DNA of 42,961 nt from a virus. Lineage: Duplodnaviria; Heunggongvirae; Uroviricota; Caudoviricetes. Made by a program: the position numbers and the translations under genes. Shown here in pieces: positions 1-8,443 of this stretch. How positions within the stretch are numbered: position 1 is the first letter of the stretch; each line of letters begins with the position of its first letter. The stretch lies in the IMG/VR virus record IMGVR_UViG_2531839476_000018. One strand, 5' to 3'. Below the pieces are notes generated by a model. It was given only the letters and a program-made list of their open reading frames with translations, did no database searches and was not told the origin of the DNA.

Positions 1-507
1 ATGCAAAAATCTATTGGGCAACCAAGTGATAACGAAGAAACTGAGTTCGAGGAAGTTGAGGAAGAGCTAAGTAACGAGATTATCCAAAACCCAGATGCAT
101 TTACTCGCGTGCTTGACCGACCAGAAATTCAGGAAATTGTTGTTGCTCATCACGCGTTCCAGGGACCACTTCCACCACCTTATCTTCTTCGTGGGTATCA
201 GGATATTTTACCTGATGCCCCTGAACGGATTTTCCAGTTGACGGAAAAAGAGTTTGCTCACCGCCAAAAAATGGAAGAAAAGGCCCTTGATGGAGCGATA
301 AACCGGGATAAACGAGGACAATTTTATGGTCTTGCTGCGACTCTTTTTACAGTAACATGTGCAACCATATTGGGGCTAACTGGTCACGAAATTTTGGCAG
401 GAACAGTGATCGGTACTGTTGTCGCAGTTGCGGGTATTTTTGTTCTTCGAAAAAAACCAAGCACTAAAAGCAAATCTAAAAACGACAATACCCACGATGA
501 AGAATAG
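1..507 (+). CDS. Hypothetical protein with acidic N-terminus, proline-rich motif (GPLPPPYLLRGY) and C-terminal hydrophobic segment; cargo gene distal to the invertase. The window starts at its ATG, so the 5' end may be incomplete.
   Basis: 168-aa ORF followed directly by a hairpin plus T-tract; composition resembles DUF2335-type phage-associated membrane proteins (from memory, not verified). Confidence 0.45.
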   Translation: MQKSIGQPSDNEETEFEEVEEELSNEIIQNPDAFTRVLDRPEIQEIVVAHHAFQGPLPPPYLLRGYQDILPDAPERIFQLTEKEFAHRQKMEEKALDGAINRDKRGQFYGLAATLFTVTCATILGLTGHEILAGTVIGTVVAVAGIFVLRKKPSTKSKSKNDNTHDEE

Positions 508-529
508 CCCGCGCTGCGGGCTTTTTTAT
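507..529 (+). terminator. Intrinsic terminator after ORF 1-507
   Basis: Stem gcccgc / gcgggc (507-521) with 3-nt loop, followed by TTTTTTAT (522-529). Confidence 0.55.
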
Positions 530-599
530 GGACGAAACAAAAGTCAGTGCTACACTCATTGACGCCACATTGAGGTGGCTTATAGATGGAAATCTCACA

Positions 600-800
600 A
601 TGAAAAAAGCATTTGCTGCCTGTTCGTTTTGTTGTCTCTGGTGGCTTCAACTCAGGCCTCTGCTGGTCGTTGTCAGCACGACAGCGATACTGCCGCTGAC
701 GGCTCCCGCTGCGGTGGGCGCTCTGCGGATTCCCGCCCGGGAGGTGGTGGCATTCGTTAAAAACAAGATCGCAAAAACGGCCTGTGACATGCCACATTAA
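600..800 (+). CDS. Possible small hydrophobic ORF (66 aa, MKKAFAACSFCCLWW...); weak ribosome-binding site
   Basis: ATG at 600 in a GC-rich segment between the terminator and the invertase 3' end; no recognisable homology. Confidence 0.2.
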   Translation: MKKAFAACSFCCLWWLQLRPLLVVVSTTAILPLTAPAAVGALRIPAREVVAFVKNKIAKTACDMPH

Positions 801-848
801 CTTTTCAGTCAACCGTAGCACGTTCTTGTATACGACGTGTCTGCGGTT

Positions 849-1405
849 TTATATAACCCTAGCTGGAAACCTCTTATACAAAGTCGATTCGCCAACATCA
901 TAGATGATCGCCACCTTCTGGCGAGGAATTCCTGCTGCAATTAATCGTCCGGCCTGTGTGCCCATTGTTCTGGTGTAAGTTTGGGACGACGTCCACCAAT
1001 TCGTCCCTGTACGCGAGCAGCTTCCAGTCCAGCTTTTGTTCGTTCAACAATCAGTTCTCGTTCCATTTCAGCCAGGGCACCCATCACATGAAAGAAAAAG
1101 CGCCCCATTGGGGTACTGGTATCAATTGAATCCGTCAGACTACGAAAGTTGATGCCTCGTTCGCGCAACTCCTCCACCAGCACGACAAGATGCCGCATAC
1201 TGCGCCCCAGTCGGTCAAGTTTCCAGACCACCAGCGTATCACCTGCCGATAATGTCCCGAGCAGTTTTTTCAGTCCCGGCCTTTCGGACTTTGTACCGCT
1301 TATCTTGTCTTCAAAAATCAGCTCGCATCCTGCACAGTTCAGCGCATTACGTTGTAGATCTGTGTTCTGGTCATTTGTTGACACACGTACATAGCCAATA
1401 AGCAT
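849..1405 (-). pseudogene. pin: Serine DNA invertase (Hin/Gin/Pin/Cin family), apparently frameshifted between the catalytic domain and the C-terminal HTH domain
   Basis: N-terminus MLIGYVRVSTNDQNTDLQ...VVWKLDRLGRS is the hallmark resolvase/invertase catalytic domain with a GGAG ribosome-binding site 8 nt upstream of ATG 1405. The ORF stops at 941 (…RPKLTPEQWAHRPDD*), while the HTH (QAGRLIAAGIPRQKVAIIYDVGESTLYKRFPARVI*) is encoded in another frame, 849-955. The frames are consistent with 2 extra bases in a CACA repeat near 956-959. Confidence 0.8.
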
Positions 1406-1459
1406 GGTAGATCTCCCTGACAAAAGCAGGAATGATGCCATTTGCTCGTTATTTCTGCA

Positions 1460-1485
1460 TTTTCATAAACGTTGGTTTGGGAGAA
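1460..1485. repeat. hix/gix-like recombination site (right boundary of invertible segment)
   Basis: tttcataaacgttggtttgggagaa; its reverse complement ttctcccaaaccaacgtttatgaaa matches the site at 3395-3419 in 21 of 25 positions and resembles hix half-sites (TTATCAAAAACC). Confidence 0.7.
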
Positions 1486-1863
1486 GCGGCAACGAGGAAC
1501 GTCGGAACGGATACCGGGCAAGTACCAGATATGAGTAGTTTTACAACGGGGCACTCTGGAGTAGCAGACTGGCCGAATCCTAAATCTGGATGGAGTAAGG
1601 GGCCGGATGGGGTAATTACACAATGGGGCATTTTCGGTTTCCCCGTTGGACAGACAGGGACGAATGTTGTTTTCCCGCTACCTTTCCCCGCGCGGGTCGA
1701 ATCAATTACACTGACAATGGCAGATATCCAGGAGTCTCTGCTTTCTCCAACAACCATGCCTGCTTATGGAGTTAACTCAACTGGTACTTCAAGAACGGGT
1801 TTTACAGCCCGTATGTCAGGCGCCGGTGGGTTTAATCTTTGCTATATAGCGAAAGGGAGATAA
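1486..1863 (+). CDS. Alternative tail-fibre C-terminal variable domain (silent in this orientation; would be fused to the constant N-terminus after inversion)
   Basis: The reading frame continues through the crossover site encoding ...VGLGE|AATRNV..., the same LGLGE junction as the expressed fibre at 3395-3420; no start codon or ribosome-binding site of its own. Confidence 0.6.
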   Translation, partial: AATRNVGTDTGQVPDMSSFTTGHSGVADWPNPKSGWSKGPDGVITQWGIFGFPVGQTGTNVVFPLPFPARVESITLTMADIQESLLSPTTMPAYGVNSTGTSRTGFTARMSGAGGFNLCYIAKGR

Positions 1864-1867
1864 CAGA

Positions 1868-2311
1868 ATGAATAAAGTTAAAAGTGTTTACAGCCCGTCC
1901 GAAAATGCAATCTACAACGCAGCGCTATATGAAAGTTATATCAAGGAGGGGACATGGCCGCAGGATGGTATTGAAATCAGCGATGAGGATGCTGTCAGAT
2001 TTAATGGGGGAAATAAGCCAACAGGAAAAATGCTGGGAATGGTTTCAGGGGCCCTTGCATGGGTTGATGAGCCGCCGCTTTCACCAGAACAGAAAATATC
2101 AGATGCAGAAAACATGAAAGCCACATTTCGTGCAAAAGCTGACAGTGAAATATCCTGGCGTCAGGATGCTGTTGATGCTGATATCGCAACTGATGAAGAA
2201 ACTTCAACTCTCACCGAATGGAAGAAATACCGTGTGCTGCTGATGCGTGTTGATACGTCAACAGCACCCGATATTGAATGGCCTACGCCTCCGGCAGTTC
2301 AGGCCAGATGA
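1868..2311 (+). CDS. Tail-fibre assembly protein (alternative copy, for the silent fibre variant)
   Basis: 147 aa ending ...DIEWPTPPAVQAR, the typical Tfa C-terminal motif; immediately follows the alternative fibre exon. Confidence 0.7.
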   Translation: MNKVKSVYSPSENAIYNAALYESYIKEGTWPQDGIEISDEDAVRFNGGNKPTGKMLGMVSGALAWVDEPPLSPEQKISDAENMKATFRAKADSEISWRQDAVDADIATDEETSTLTEWKKYRVLLMRVDTSTAPDIEWPTPPAVQAR

Positions 2312-2876
2312 CATCCGGCGCGGTGCTGGTATCTGTTGCCGTCACCGCGTCAATGTAATCCAGCACGGCGTTAAGTCGGGTTGTTTCTGCCTGAGTCAGT
2401 TTCCGTCCGGTCTGTAATTTCAGCTGAATCAGACTGATGGAAGCCATTGCAGCATCAATCAGTGACTGGCGCTGTGCTTCTGCCGCTTCTACTGCGGCGC
2501 TATGCTGTGCCTCGGTATCCGTCACCCATTTCTCACCATCCCATTTATCGTATGGCGTTAACGGTGAAAGCGTGACATAACCGTCTTTGATGGCACCGAT
2601 ATAATCCACTGTAACAGCTGCGCCATTTTCAGTTGAGTAAACGGTCTCATTGCGATGGTCTTCTTCATGGCTCCATCCCTTACCCGTAAATACTGCCACT
2701 TTTCCCGGAATGTTTTCGCCCGGGTCAATACCAGTGGAACAGGCGGGTATACTTACGCCAGTATTAATATATTCATCAGACCAGCCGGTATATTCATACG
2801 TTACTGCATTATAATAAAAACAACGCATATCGCCCGGCACTGTAGCCAGCCCATTTTCATCAAAAACAGGTTTCAT
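2283..2876 (-). CDS. Tail-fibre assembly protein (expressed orientation)
   Basis: 197 aa ending ...TSTAPDVIWPELPEA; directly downstream of the fibre gene; 3' end convergent with and overlapping the alternative tfa. Confidence 0.75.
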   Translation of the reverse strand: MKPVFDENGLATVPGDMRCFYYNAVTYEYTGWSDEYINTGVSIPACSTGIDPGENIPGKVAVFTGKGWSHEEDHRNETVYSTENGAAVTVDYIGAIKDGYVTLSPLTPYDKWDGEKWVTDTEAQHSAAVEAAEAQRQSLIDAAMASISLIQLKLQTGRKLTQAETTRLNAVLDYIDAVTATDTSTAPDVIWPELPEA

Positions 2877-3763
2877 TATTTAGCCCTCACCAGAAAGTTA
2901 AATGCAATATTTCGTGGACGGGTTTCTGTACCTACATTTTCACTAATTTCACCATAACGTTTAACACTACGAGAGCTAATAGCTCGTAGTGAGGAAGGCA
3001 CATTAAGACCGGGTTCGTCCGTTTTAACTATTCCCCCGTCACCATATGTAGCCAGTATTCCTGGGTTTACTCCTTCCCGTGCACTTCCTGCGGCAAGCCC
3101 GTCCCCCGTCCACAATTCCATATTGTGTGCATGATCCATAATTGTGTGTGATTGCCCTGAAAGTAGGGTACGTCCGACATCAATCCCGCGCCCGTCATCC
3201 CAGATACGAATGAAATCACCGCGTGCGTCAGGTAATGCCAGAGCCGGAAACACTTTCGCCAGCACAGGGTAATCAGTGGCAGAGAATTTCGCGCCGTTGA
3301 ACTTCAAAAACACCATACCGGACCAGCTATCGATTACGGTATCTGGCATTGCAGCGGACGGCCAGAAGAACGGAACGCCAATAGCTGGAGCTCCTTCTCC
3401 CAAACCAAGGTTTTCGAGAGCCGTTTCCACCGTGCCATCCGATTTGATATCACCAAACGGATTCTTGCGGCTCAGGTATTCAACAGCAAACCCCGATCCC
3501 AGCAATTCAACAAAACCGGGCAGATCACCATTATCAAGCACATCCCGTTGCGTTTTGTCACTTACAAACTGGGCCAGAGCTGCAGCAATAAAGCTGGCCT
3601 GCCGAATAACCTTATTGACTTGCGCACTGGATGCTTTCCCTGCTGTAAATCCGGATAAAAGCGCAGGCAACGCTTCCCATTCCTCCTGCGACATAACATT
3701 GGCATTCCGATCAGTTGCAAACGCTTTAAAGTCATTTTTCGCCATCAGAGTAATACTCCCCAT
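2876..3763 (-). CDS. Tail fibre protein (constant N-terminus about residues 1-115, variable C-terminus inside the invertible segment)
   Basis: 295-aa ORF with a fibre-like N-terminus ([30 protein letters not shown]...); the crossover site lies in-frame at the codons for LENLGLGEG. Confidence 0.75.
   Translation of the reverse strand: MGSITLMAKNDFKAFATDRNANVMSQEEWEALPALLSGFTAGKASSAQVNKVIRQASFIAAALAQFVSDKTQRDVLDNGDLPGFVELLGSGFAVEYLSRKNPFGDIKSDGTVETALENLGLGEGAPAIGVPFFWPSAAMPDTVIDSWSGMVFLKFNGAKFSATDYPVLAKVFPALALPDARGDFIRIWDDGRGIDVGRTLLSGQSHTIMDHAHNMELWTGDGLAAGSAREGVNPGILATYGDGGIVKTDEPGLNVPSSLRAISSRSVKRYGEISENVGTETRPRNIAFNFLVRAK
3395..3420. repeat. hix/gix-like recombination site (left boundary, inside the tail-fibre gene)
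   Basis: ttctcccaaaccaaggttttcgagag, inverted relative to the site at 1460-1485. Confidence 0.7.
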
Positions 3764-3767
3764 GCCC

Positions 3768-4424
3768 CTACATCAAAACCACTGATGAATTCGTTATCCA
3801 TATCAAAACCAAAAATTTTGAACCTTCCGATGGGGTTTCCACCGAAGGTGTTTCAATGCCACCCGCCCATACCCCGGCGGCTTTTACTGTGAGATACCCC
3901 TGTTTAATTGCCGCAATTAACTCACGCGATACATCTGAAATATCAGTATCAGGAAAGACCCAGACCGATATCGTCATGTCATGGTTATCGACTATCTGCA
4001 TTCGCAGTCCGGATCCTGCTGTTGCCGCGTCAAGAATTGCCGGAAGCGAATCATTCCGTCCGTCCCAGTTATTAATCGCAATCTTCGCTTTAAGGATGAC
4101 ACGATAAGTTTCATCGCTGAGGTACATGTATCCGGAATCAGGATCGTATGGCCCCTGCCATACACCCTGATCATATCCAAGCCCGTCGGTATCCCAGCTG
4201 AAATAGACACCTGAAATAGGCTGGCTGACAACACGGCTACGTCCGATCCACAATCCCAGAATGTCAAGTTGCACACCAACCGCAGAGTCAATATCAAATG
4301 CAGTAATCAGCCCTCTGGTGGCAGCCGCAACATCAATAAGCGGCCGGGTCATCAGATCAACATGTGCAAGAAATTTAGGTTTGGTGGCGTGGTAGTTTGT
4401 GATTAGTTCGGTGTATTTGCTCAT
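3768..4424 (-). CDS. Baseplate / tail protein (P2 gpI-like or Mu gp48-like position)
   Basis: 218-aa ORF between the baseplate J-like gene and the tail fibre; the family call rests on position and recollection. Confidence 0.5.
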   Translation of the reverse strand: MSKYTELITNYHATKPKFLAHVDLMTRPLIDVAAATRGLITAFDIDSAVGVQLDILGLWIGRSRVVSQPISGVYFSWDTDGLGYDQGVWQGPYDPDSGYMYLSDETYRVILKAKIAINNWDGRNDSLPAILDAATAGSGLRMQIVDNHDMTISVWVFPDTDISDVSRELIAAIKQGYLTVKAAGVWAGGIETPSVETPSEGSKFLVLIWITNSSVVLM

Positions 4425-5620
4425 GACTCCACCGTTATAACGATATTTTCCGGGGTACAGGACGCAGATTCGTTGTATCTGATATCAATGTTTGATGACG
4501 ACAAAGCCCCCGGGGATTTCCCAATCGTCAGTTCCTGAATATCGTAATAGCGTGCATTCCCGCCACTCACCACGCCAAGATTCGCCGGTGAGTAAATGCG
4601 ACTTAAAAGGACCGAATCACCGATCGTAAGACTATTGATATAGTCGGAAATAGCCTGCTGGATCTGCTGCCCTATCTGTGAGGTATAACCCGTAAAAACT
4701 TTTAATTTAATCCGGGCATAAACAGGCACATCACTGGAACGCGAGAATTTGATTACATGGGGATTGCCGTATTTATCCGGAACCGTAACGGATGTTGTAC
4801 CGTGAGTGGCTGTCCCCTGGCCTTTATTTCCTCTGATAGCCTGAGCAATATCCGTTACATCACCGCCATCCACAATTACAGCAACAGAGTGTGGCGGTAA
4901 CCCGTTACCGTCCTCCGAACCAGTATCGTTTTCATAGAGTTTGTGGCGGGTTACACCGGTAACATTAGAAACAGCACCATCCAGTGCTTCAAATGGGGTT
5001 ATTGATGGCAACGCAACACTTTGCGACTGGCGGATACGTAACTCCGCATCAGTTTCTGCTGGAGTGCCTACAGTAGCTGCAGCAGGATTGGTTACCGAAA
5101 CCCAGCCACGGGTTGGCGTATTAATTTCAGTGATAGTTCCAGCCAGCGCCGCCACTGCACCACTGACGGAACATTTTGCGGTCACCATCACTGTACCATC
5201 CACGCCGACCACCACTGAAGCAGGCAAACGCCATATCACATTATTACTGTCTTTCACGCTGCCATTAATGATGGTTGTTCCGGCAGTTCCTGTAAGAAGC
5301 AAATCAACCGTAGAATTCGTCGCGCCTTTACGTGAAATACCATTTATTTTCACGTTACTGGTCAGTGCAGCCCCATAGCCGGTTGCCGGTGAAAAACAGT
5401 TGTAGACAGTTATCGCCATATTATTGACATCATGAATCGCCAGCGCCATCAGAGCCACCATCTGGCCGTCTTTGCTGTCCGGTTCGAGGTAGGCATCACT
5501 GCCATAAATCTGCTGAAAATAGCTAATCAGGGTGCTGAGTATCGTCTGATAATCAGGCGCACTGATCCCCTCCGCGGTTACCTTTGCAGATAAACCGAGA
5601 GAATCAAGGTTCAGAGCCAT
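4421..5620 (-). CDS. Baseplate J-like protein
   Basis: 399 aa; position and sequence character of the Baseplate_J family (MALNLDSLGLSAKVTAEGISAPDYQTILS...). Confidence 0.7.
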   Translation of the reverse strand: MALNLDSLGLSAKVTAEGISAPDYQTILSTLISYFQQIYGSDAYLEPDSKDGQMVALMALAIHDVNNMAITVYNCFSPATGYGAALTSNVKINGISRKGATNSTVDLLLTGTAGTTIINGSVKDSNNVIWRLPASVVVGVDGTVMVTAKCSVSGAVAALAGTITEINTPTRGWVSVTNPAAATVGTPAETDAELRIRQSQSVALPSITPFEALDGAVSNVTGVTRHKLYENDTGSEDGNGLPPHSVAVIVDGGDVTDIAQAIRGNKGQGTATHGTTSVTVPDKYGNPHVIKFSRSSDVPVYARIKLKVFTGYTSQIGQQIQQAISDYINSLTIGDSVLLSRIYSPANLGVVSGGNARYYDIQELTIGKSPGALSSSNIDIRYNESASCTPENIVITVES

Positions 5621-5973
5621 TACGCCTCCGATGTAACAGTCGTTATTCCATAGAGAGTGTCGATTTCAGCGGAAAACATGACACGTCGGGTCGTGGTATC
5701 CACCGTCGTATTGAAAGAGAGGATTGATTTAACGCCCTGCGTTTCCAGAATGCGCTTACGGATCGCCAGGTTGTAGGTTTCCGGCTTCTGCTTACCGAGT
5801 ACGGACTGGATCCACGGAGTCCCCTCGGTGGTGTCGAGAAACCATTGCCCATACCACAATTCGAATCGAGTTTTTACCGCCTGCGCCACGGCCTCCGGTG
5901 AGTTAATCAGCCAAGTGTCATCACCGCTGCCAAAGGTGTAATCGCCATCGGCGTCTTCACGTCTGTATCGCAT
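5620..5973 (-). CDS. Baseplate wedge protein (gpW / gp25-like)
   Basis: 117 aa, between the spike and J genes, start overlapping the upstream stop. Confidence 0.55.
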   Translation of the reverse strand: MRYRREDADGDYTFGSGDDTWLINSPEAVAQAVKTRFELWYGQWFLDTTEGTPWIQSVLGKQKPETYNLAIRKRILETQGVKSILSFNTTVDTTTRRVMFSAEIDTLYGITTVTSEA

Positions 5974-6725
5974 CAGTTTACTCCGTCGGTATTGCTTCCA
6001 CCGCGCTGAACACCACCATGAGTGTGCGTATCATCGATTGGCTTGCCGTTAGCCTTCACGCTACCCAAAAACTCAACAGCACCAGTGATTTTTGAAGCCA
6101 CACCAGAAACAACAGACCCCACCATGCCTCCCATCCAGGTTAACAGGCCATGAATGGTTACTTTCTCAGAAAAATCAGCCAGAGGGGCAACCACATCAAG
6201 GCCCCCCGGAGCGACAATTTTAATTTTCCTGGTATCAGGATTAAGCTCAAAATAGGTGCTGCCGTCATCACTACGCAACTGTGTGGCACTGGTATTAATA
6301 CCGCTAATCTTCCTTGCCTGCGACTGGGGACCGACAATACAAAACGCATCCGATAAATCATGCATTCTGTCATCGACCGGCTCCTGTATCCCGCCACTCT
6401 GCCACCAGAAATCAATACAACGATCGGCAAAAATCACCAAACATTCATCACCGGCTTTAACTGGAAACGTTAGCGTACAGCCTCCGCCACGCGGGAATAC
6501 CACTGGCACATCCACCAGCAATGGGTAATTTTTGGTAATGCGGTTGCCGTCGTTATCAATTTCAACGTAACGGATAGCAGGCTGTACAACCGCCGTCACC
6601 GCATCAGGAGCGAATGACTGAACAATGCCAGGCAAGGCGACACGGATCTGGTTCTTTGTTGTTTCCCGTTCAGATTTAAATGTTTCGGCAAGGTCGCCGC
6701 TGCGGGTCTGGTCAGATACTGCCAT
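5973..6725 (-). CDS. Baseplate spike / assembly protein V-like
   Basis: 250 aa with an OB-fold-like N-terminus and a glycine-rich C-terminal tip (HTHGGVQRGGSNTDG); GGAG ribosome-binding site. Confidence 0.6.
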   Translation of the reverse strand: MAVSDQTRSGDLAETFKSERETTKNQIRVALPGIVQSFAPDAVTAVVQPAIRYVEIDNDGNRITKNYPLLVDVPVVFPRGGGCTLTFPVKAGDECLVIFADRCIDFWWQSGGIQEPVDDRMHDLSDAFCIVGPQSQARKISGINTSATQLRSDDGSTYFELNPDTRKIKIVAPGGLDVVAPLADFSEKVTIHGLLTWMGGMVGSVVSGVASKITGAVEFLGSVKANGKPIDDTHTHGGVQRGGSNTDGVN

Positions 6726-6740
6726 TTAGTAGGCTCCAGA

Positions 6741-6770
6741 AAGCAAAAAACCCGCCAAGTGGCGGGTTTG
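6741..6770 (-). terminator. Intrinsic terminator downstream of the 6790-7949 cassette (could also act on the plus strand)
   Basis: Stem cccgcc / ggcggg (6751-6766, loop aagt); on the minus strand it is followed by UUUUUUGCUUU. Confidence 0.65.
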
Positions 6771-6789
6771 AATTTTGAGAAATTTCAGC

Positions 6790-7218
6790 TTATGCAGTTA
6801 ACGAGTCATCACCAATCTTCAGTAATTGATTAACGATTGCATCGACCTCTTCCGCATCCAGAATTACACTTCTCGCGGTAATCCGGTTGATTTTCCGCTC
6901 AAGCTTGTAATCAGAATTAACACGTTGGGCATGCGTCATTTTCAGTTTAACGCCGATTTTCTTTACTGCGTTAACATCAACATCGTTAAGTGCAGCTGCC
7001 TCACCACTACAAAAGGCCGTATAGACTCGCATGTGAACTCCACCTTTTAGTTTTTCACCATCTTGTGTAGCGGTCGGTACCAGATTGTTGGTGATCCGTA
7101 AGGCGGAATGGTACATACCATAGTATGCTCGGCTAATAGCATTTCTCGTCCACATCTCACCGTTTAGAGCCAGGGAATGCTTAGCCAATTCAAGAAAACA
7201 GGTATGCTCAACCGACAT
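6790..7218 (-). CDS. Hypothetical protein, candidate HEPN-like domain (cargo gene B)
   Basis: 142 aa; contains R-x6-H (RAYYGMYH) after an N-terminal helix, compatible with the HEPN Rx4-6H signature; start overlaps the stop of the upstream gene (TAATG). Confidence 0.4.
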   Translation of the reverse strand: MSVEHTCFLELAKHSLALNGEMWTRNAISRAYYGMYHSALRITNNLVPTATQDGEKLKGGVHMRVYTAFCSGEAAALNDVDVNAVKKIGVKLKMTHAQRVNSDYKLERKINRITARSVILDAEEVDAIVNQLLKIGDDSLTA

Positions 7219-7949
7219 TAGAGTTCCCCGGCTTCAAAGCATCCGACGCATTCTGAATCCGCAAGCCCCGCAATAATAATCTCATCAGCCAAGGCATTAT
7301 TCATCTGCGAAAGAAGCACTGGATCGTCTGTTTTGACTTCAACGAACAGCGTATCAAGTTCTGACATTACATAAAAAGCATGAGCGCCAGCAAGACGAGC
7401 GCGGTACTTTTCTGCAACGTTCATCATGAGCCGCCCAATAGTTTTTAGCTCCTGAGCATGATCTTTTTGGGTATGCAGATAATTGAGCGTGTCATACCAT
7501 TTGCCCATATCTTCAGGGCGCGGCACTTCCATTGCAGTTAGCATCGGCATCACCTTTTCAAGCAAATCGATATCAACCCAGTATGCAGAAATTGTAGCAA
7601 CCTCAGCCAATATCGTTGGATTAAGTGAATCAGATGCTTTCTGAATCATCACATACTGGCGAGCATGCAAACCTAAGTTACGCAGCGCAATCGTATAGTT
7701 ACAAAAAGAAACTGGATCGTTAGGCGCTATTCTCAACCCCCGCTCACAGAGTGAACATCCTTCATCTATTTCACCAAGAACAAGCTTAGCTAAGCCTTCA
7801 ATTGATAGCCCCTGATAACGTTCAGGTAGTTTCTTCGCTTCACGAATGATTCGATGGATTTCAAACTCACTCAGAAGGTTTTCACCCTTAGTTAATGAAG
7901 GAGTCAGAAGATCTAACAGTTCTCCTGATTTTGGCTGCGCTAAGCTCAT
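7218..7949 (-). CDS. Hypothetical protein (cargo gene A), translationally coupled to gene B
   Basis: 243-aa alpha-helical ORF; weak GLS-x11-EIDE motif near the N-terminus could be a degenerate nucleotidyltransferase signature (speculative). Confidence 0.35.
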   Translation of the reverse strand: MSLAQPKSGELLDLLTPSLTKGENLLSEFEIHRIIREAKKLPERYQGLSIEGLAKLVLGEIDEGCSLCERGLRIAPNDPVSFCNYTIALRNLGLHARQYVMIQKASDSLNPTILAEVATISAYWVDIDLLEKVMPMLTAMEVPRPEDMGKWYDTLNYLHTQKDHAQELKTIGRLMMNVAEKYRARLAGAHAFYVMSELDTLFVEVKTDDPVLLSQMNNALADEIIIAGLADSECVGCFEAGEL

Positions 7950-8035
7950 GTTTTAGTTATTCCTGGCTTTAATGAAGTAGCATATCGATGGCAATCCACC
8001 ATCAAAAAGTCAGTGCAGTGTAATCGCTCGTCTCA

Positions 8036-8073
8036 AAAAACAACAGTTTTTAGAGCACATTTTGTTGTTTTTC
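8036..8073 (-). terminator. Weak AU-rich hairpin, possible terminator after the lipoprotein gene
   Basis: acaaca / tgttgt stem with a 15-nt loop followed by a T-run on the minus strand; lies in the 150-bp gap upstream of the cassette. Confidence 0.3.
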
Positions 8074-8098
8074 AGGCGTTACGAATTTCAGGTTACCT

Positions 8099-8440
8099 TC
8101 ACCCAGCCACTTTTTTACAAGGGAAAGATCCGATGATTTTCGGCGCATCCATGCTGTTCTGCAGAAGCTGGACATTCAGGAATCGCGTTTCGGTACCAGG
8201 GCGACGAATGTATTCAAAGCCGTAGTTGTTACCGTCTTTGGCAGGCATAAGCCCCATGTCTACTTTCAAACCATTGGTACCCAGTTCGGTGATTTTTTGA
8301 GAGGTAACTCTTTCACCGTTGATAGTCGATAACTCGCCCTGGTTTGCAACCATAGTGTAGCCACCGCATTTAACCGTGAAGCCATCCGCCCACGCGCTGC
8401 ACGCAGAAAAGACAGCTAACAGAAAAATAATACCCCTCAT
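8099..8440 (-). CDS. Small secreted protein or lipoprotein (cargo in the tail operon)
   Basis: 113 aa with an N-terminal signal peptide MRGIIFLLAVFSACSAWA and a lipobox-like FSAC; no virion-protein features. Confidence 0.55.
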   Translation of the reverse strand: MRGIIFLLAVFSACSAWADGFTVKCGGYTMVANQGELSTINGERVTSQKITELGTNGLKVDMGLMPAKDGNNYGFEYIRRPGTETRFLNVQLLQNSMDAPKIIGSFPCKKVAG

Positions 8441-8443
8441 TGC

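Larger units (their letters stand above)
1460..3420. other. Invertible tail-fibre segment (Mu G-segment / e14 type), about 1.96 kb, carrying two alternative fibre C-termini and two tail-fibre assembly genes
   Basis: Inverted 26-bp sites at 1460-1485 and 3395-3420; convergent tfa genes; promoterless alternative fibre C-terminus on the plus strand; adjacent serine invertase. Confidence 0.7.

Noticed and set aside
384-821. 145-aa minus-strand ORF spanning the end of ORF 1-507, its terminator and the region upstream of the invertase HTH segment
   Set aside because: It runs antisense across a plus-strand terminator and a GC-rich stretch, has no ribosome-binding site and a low-complexity Ser/Arg-rich translation; most likely a shadow ORF.
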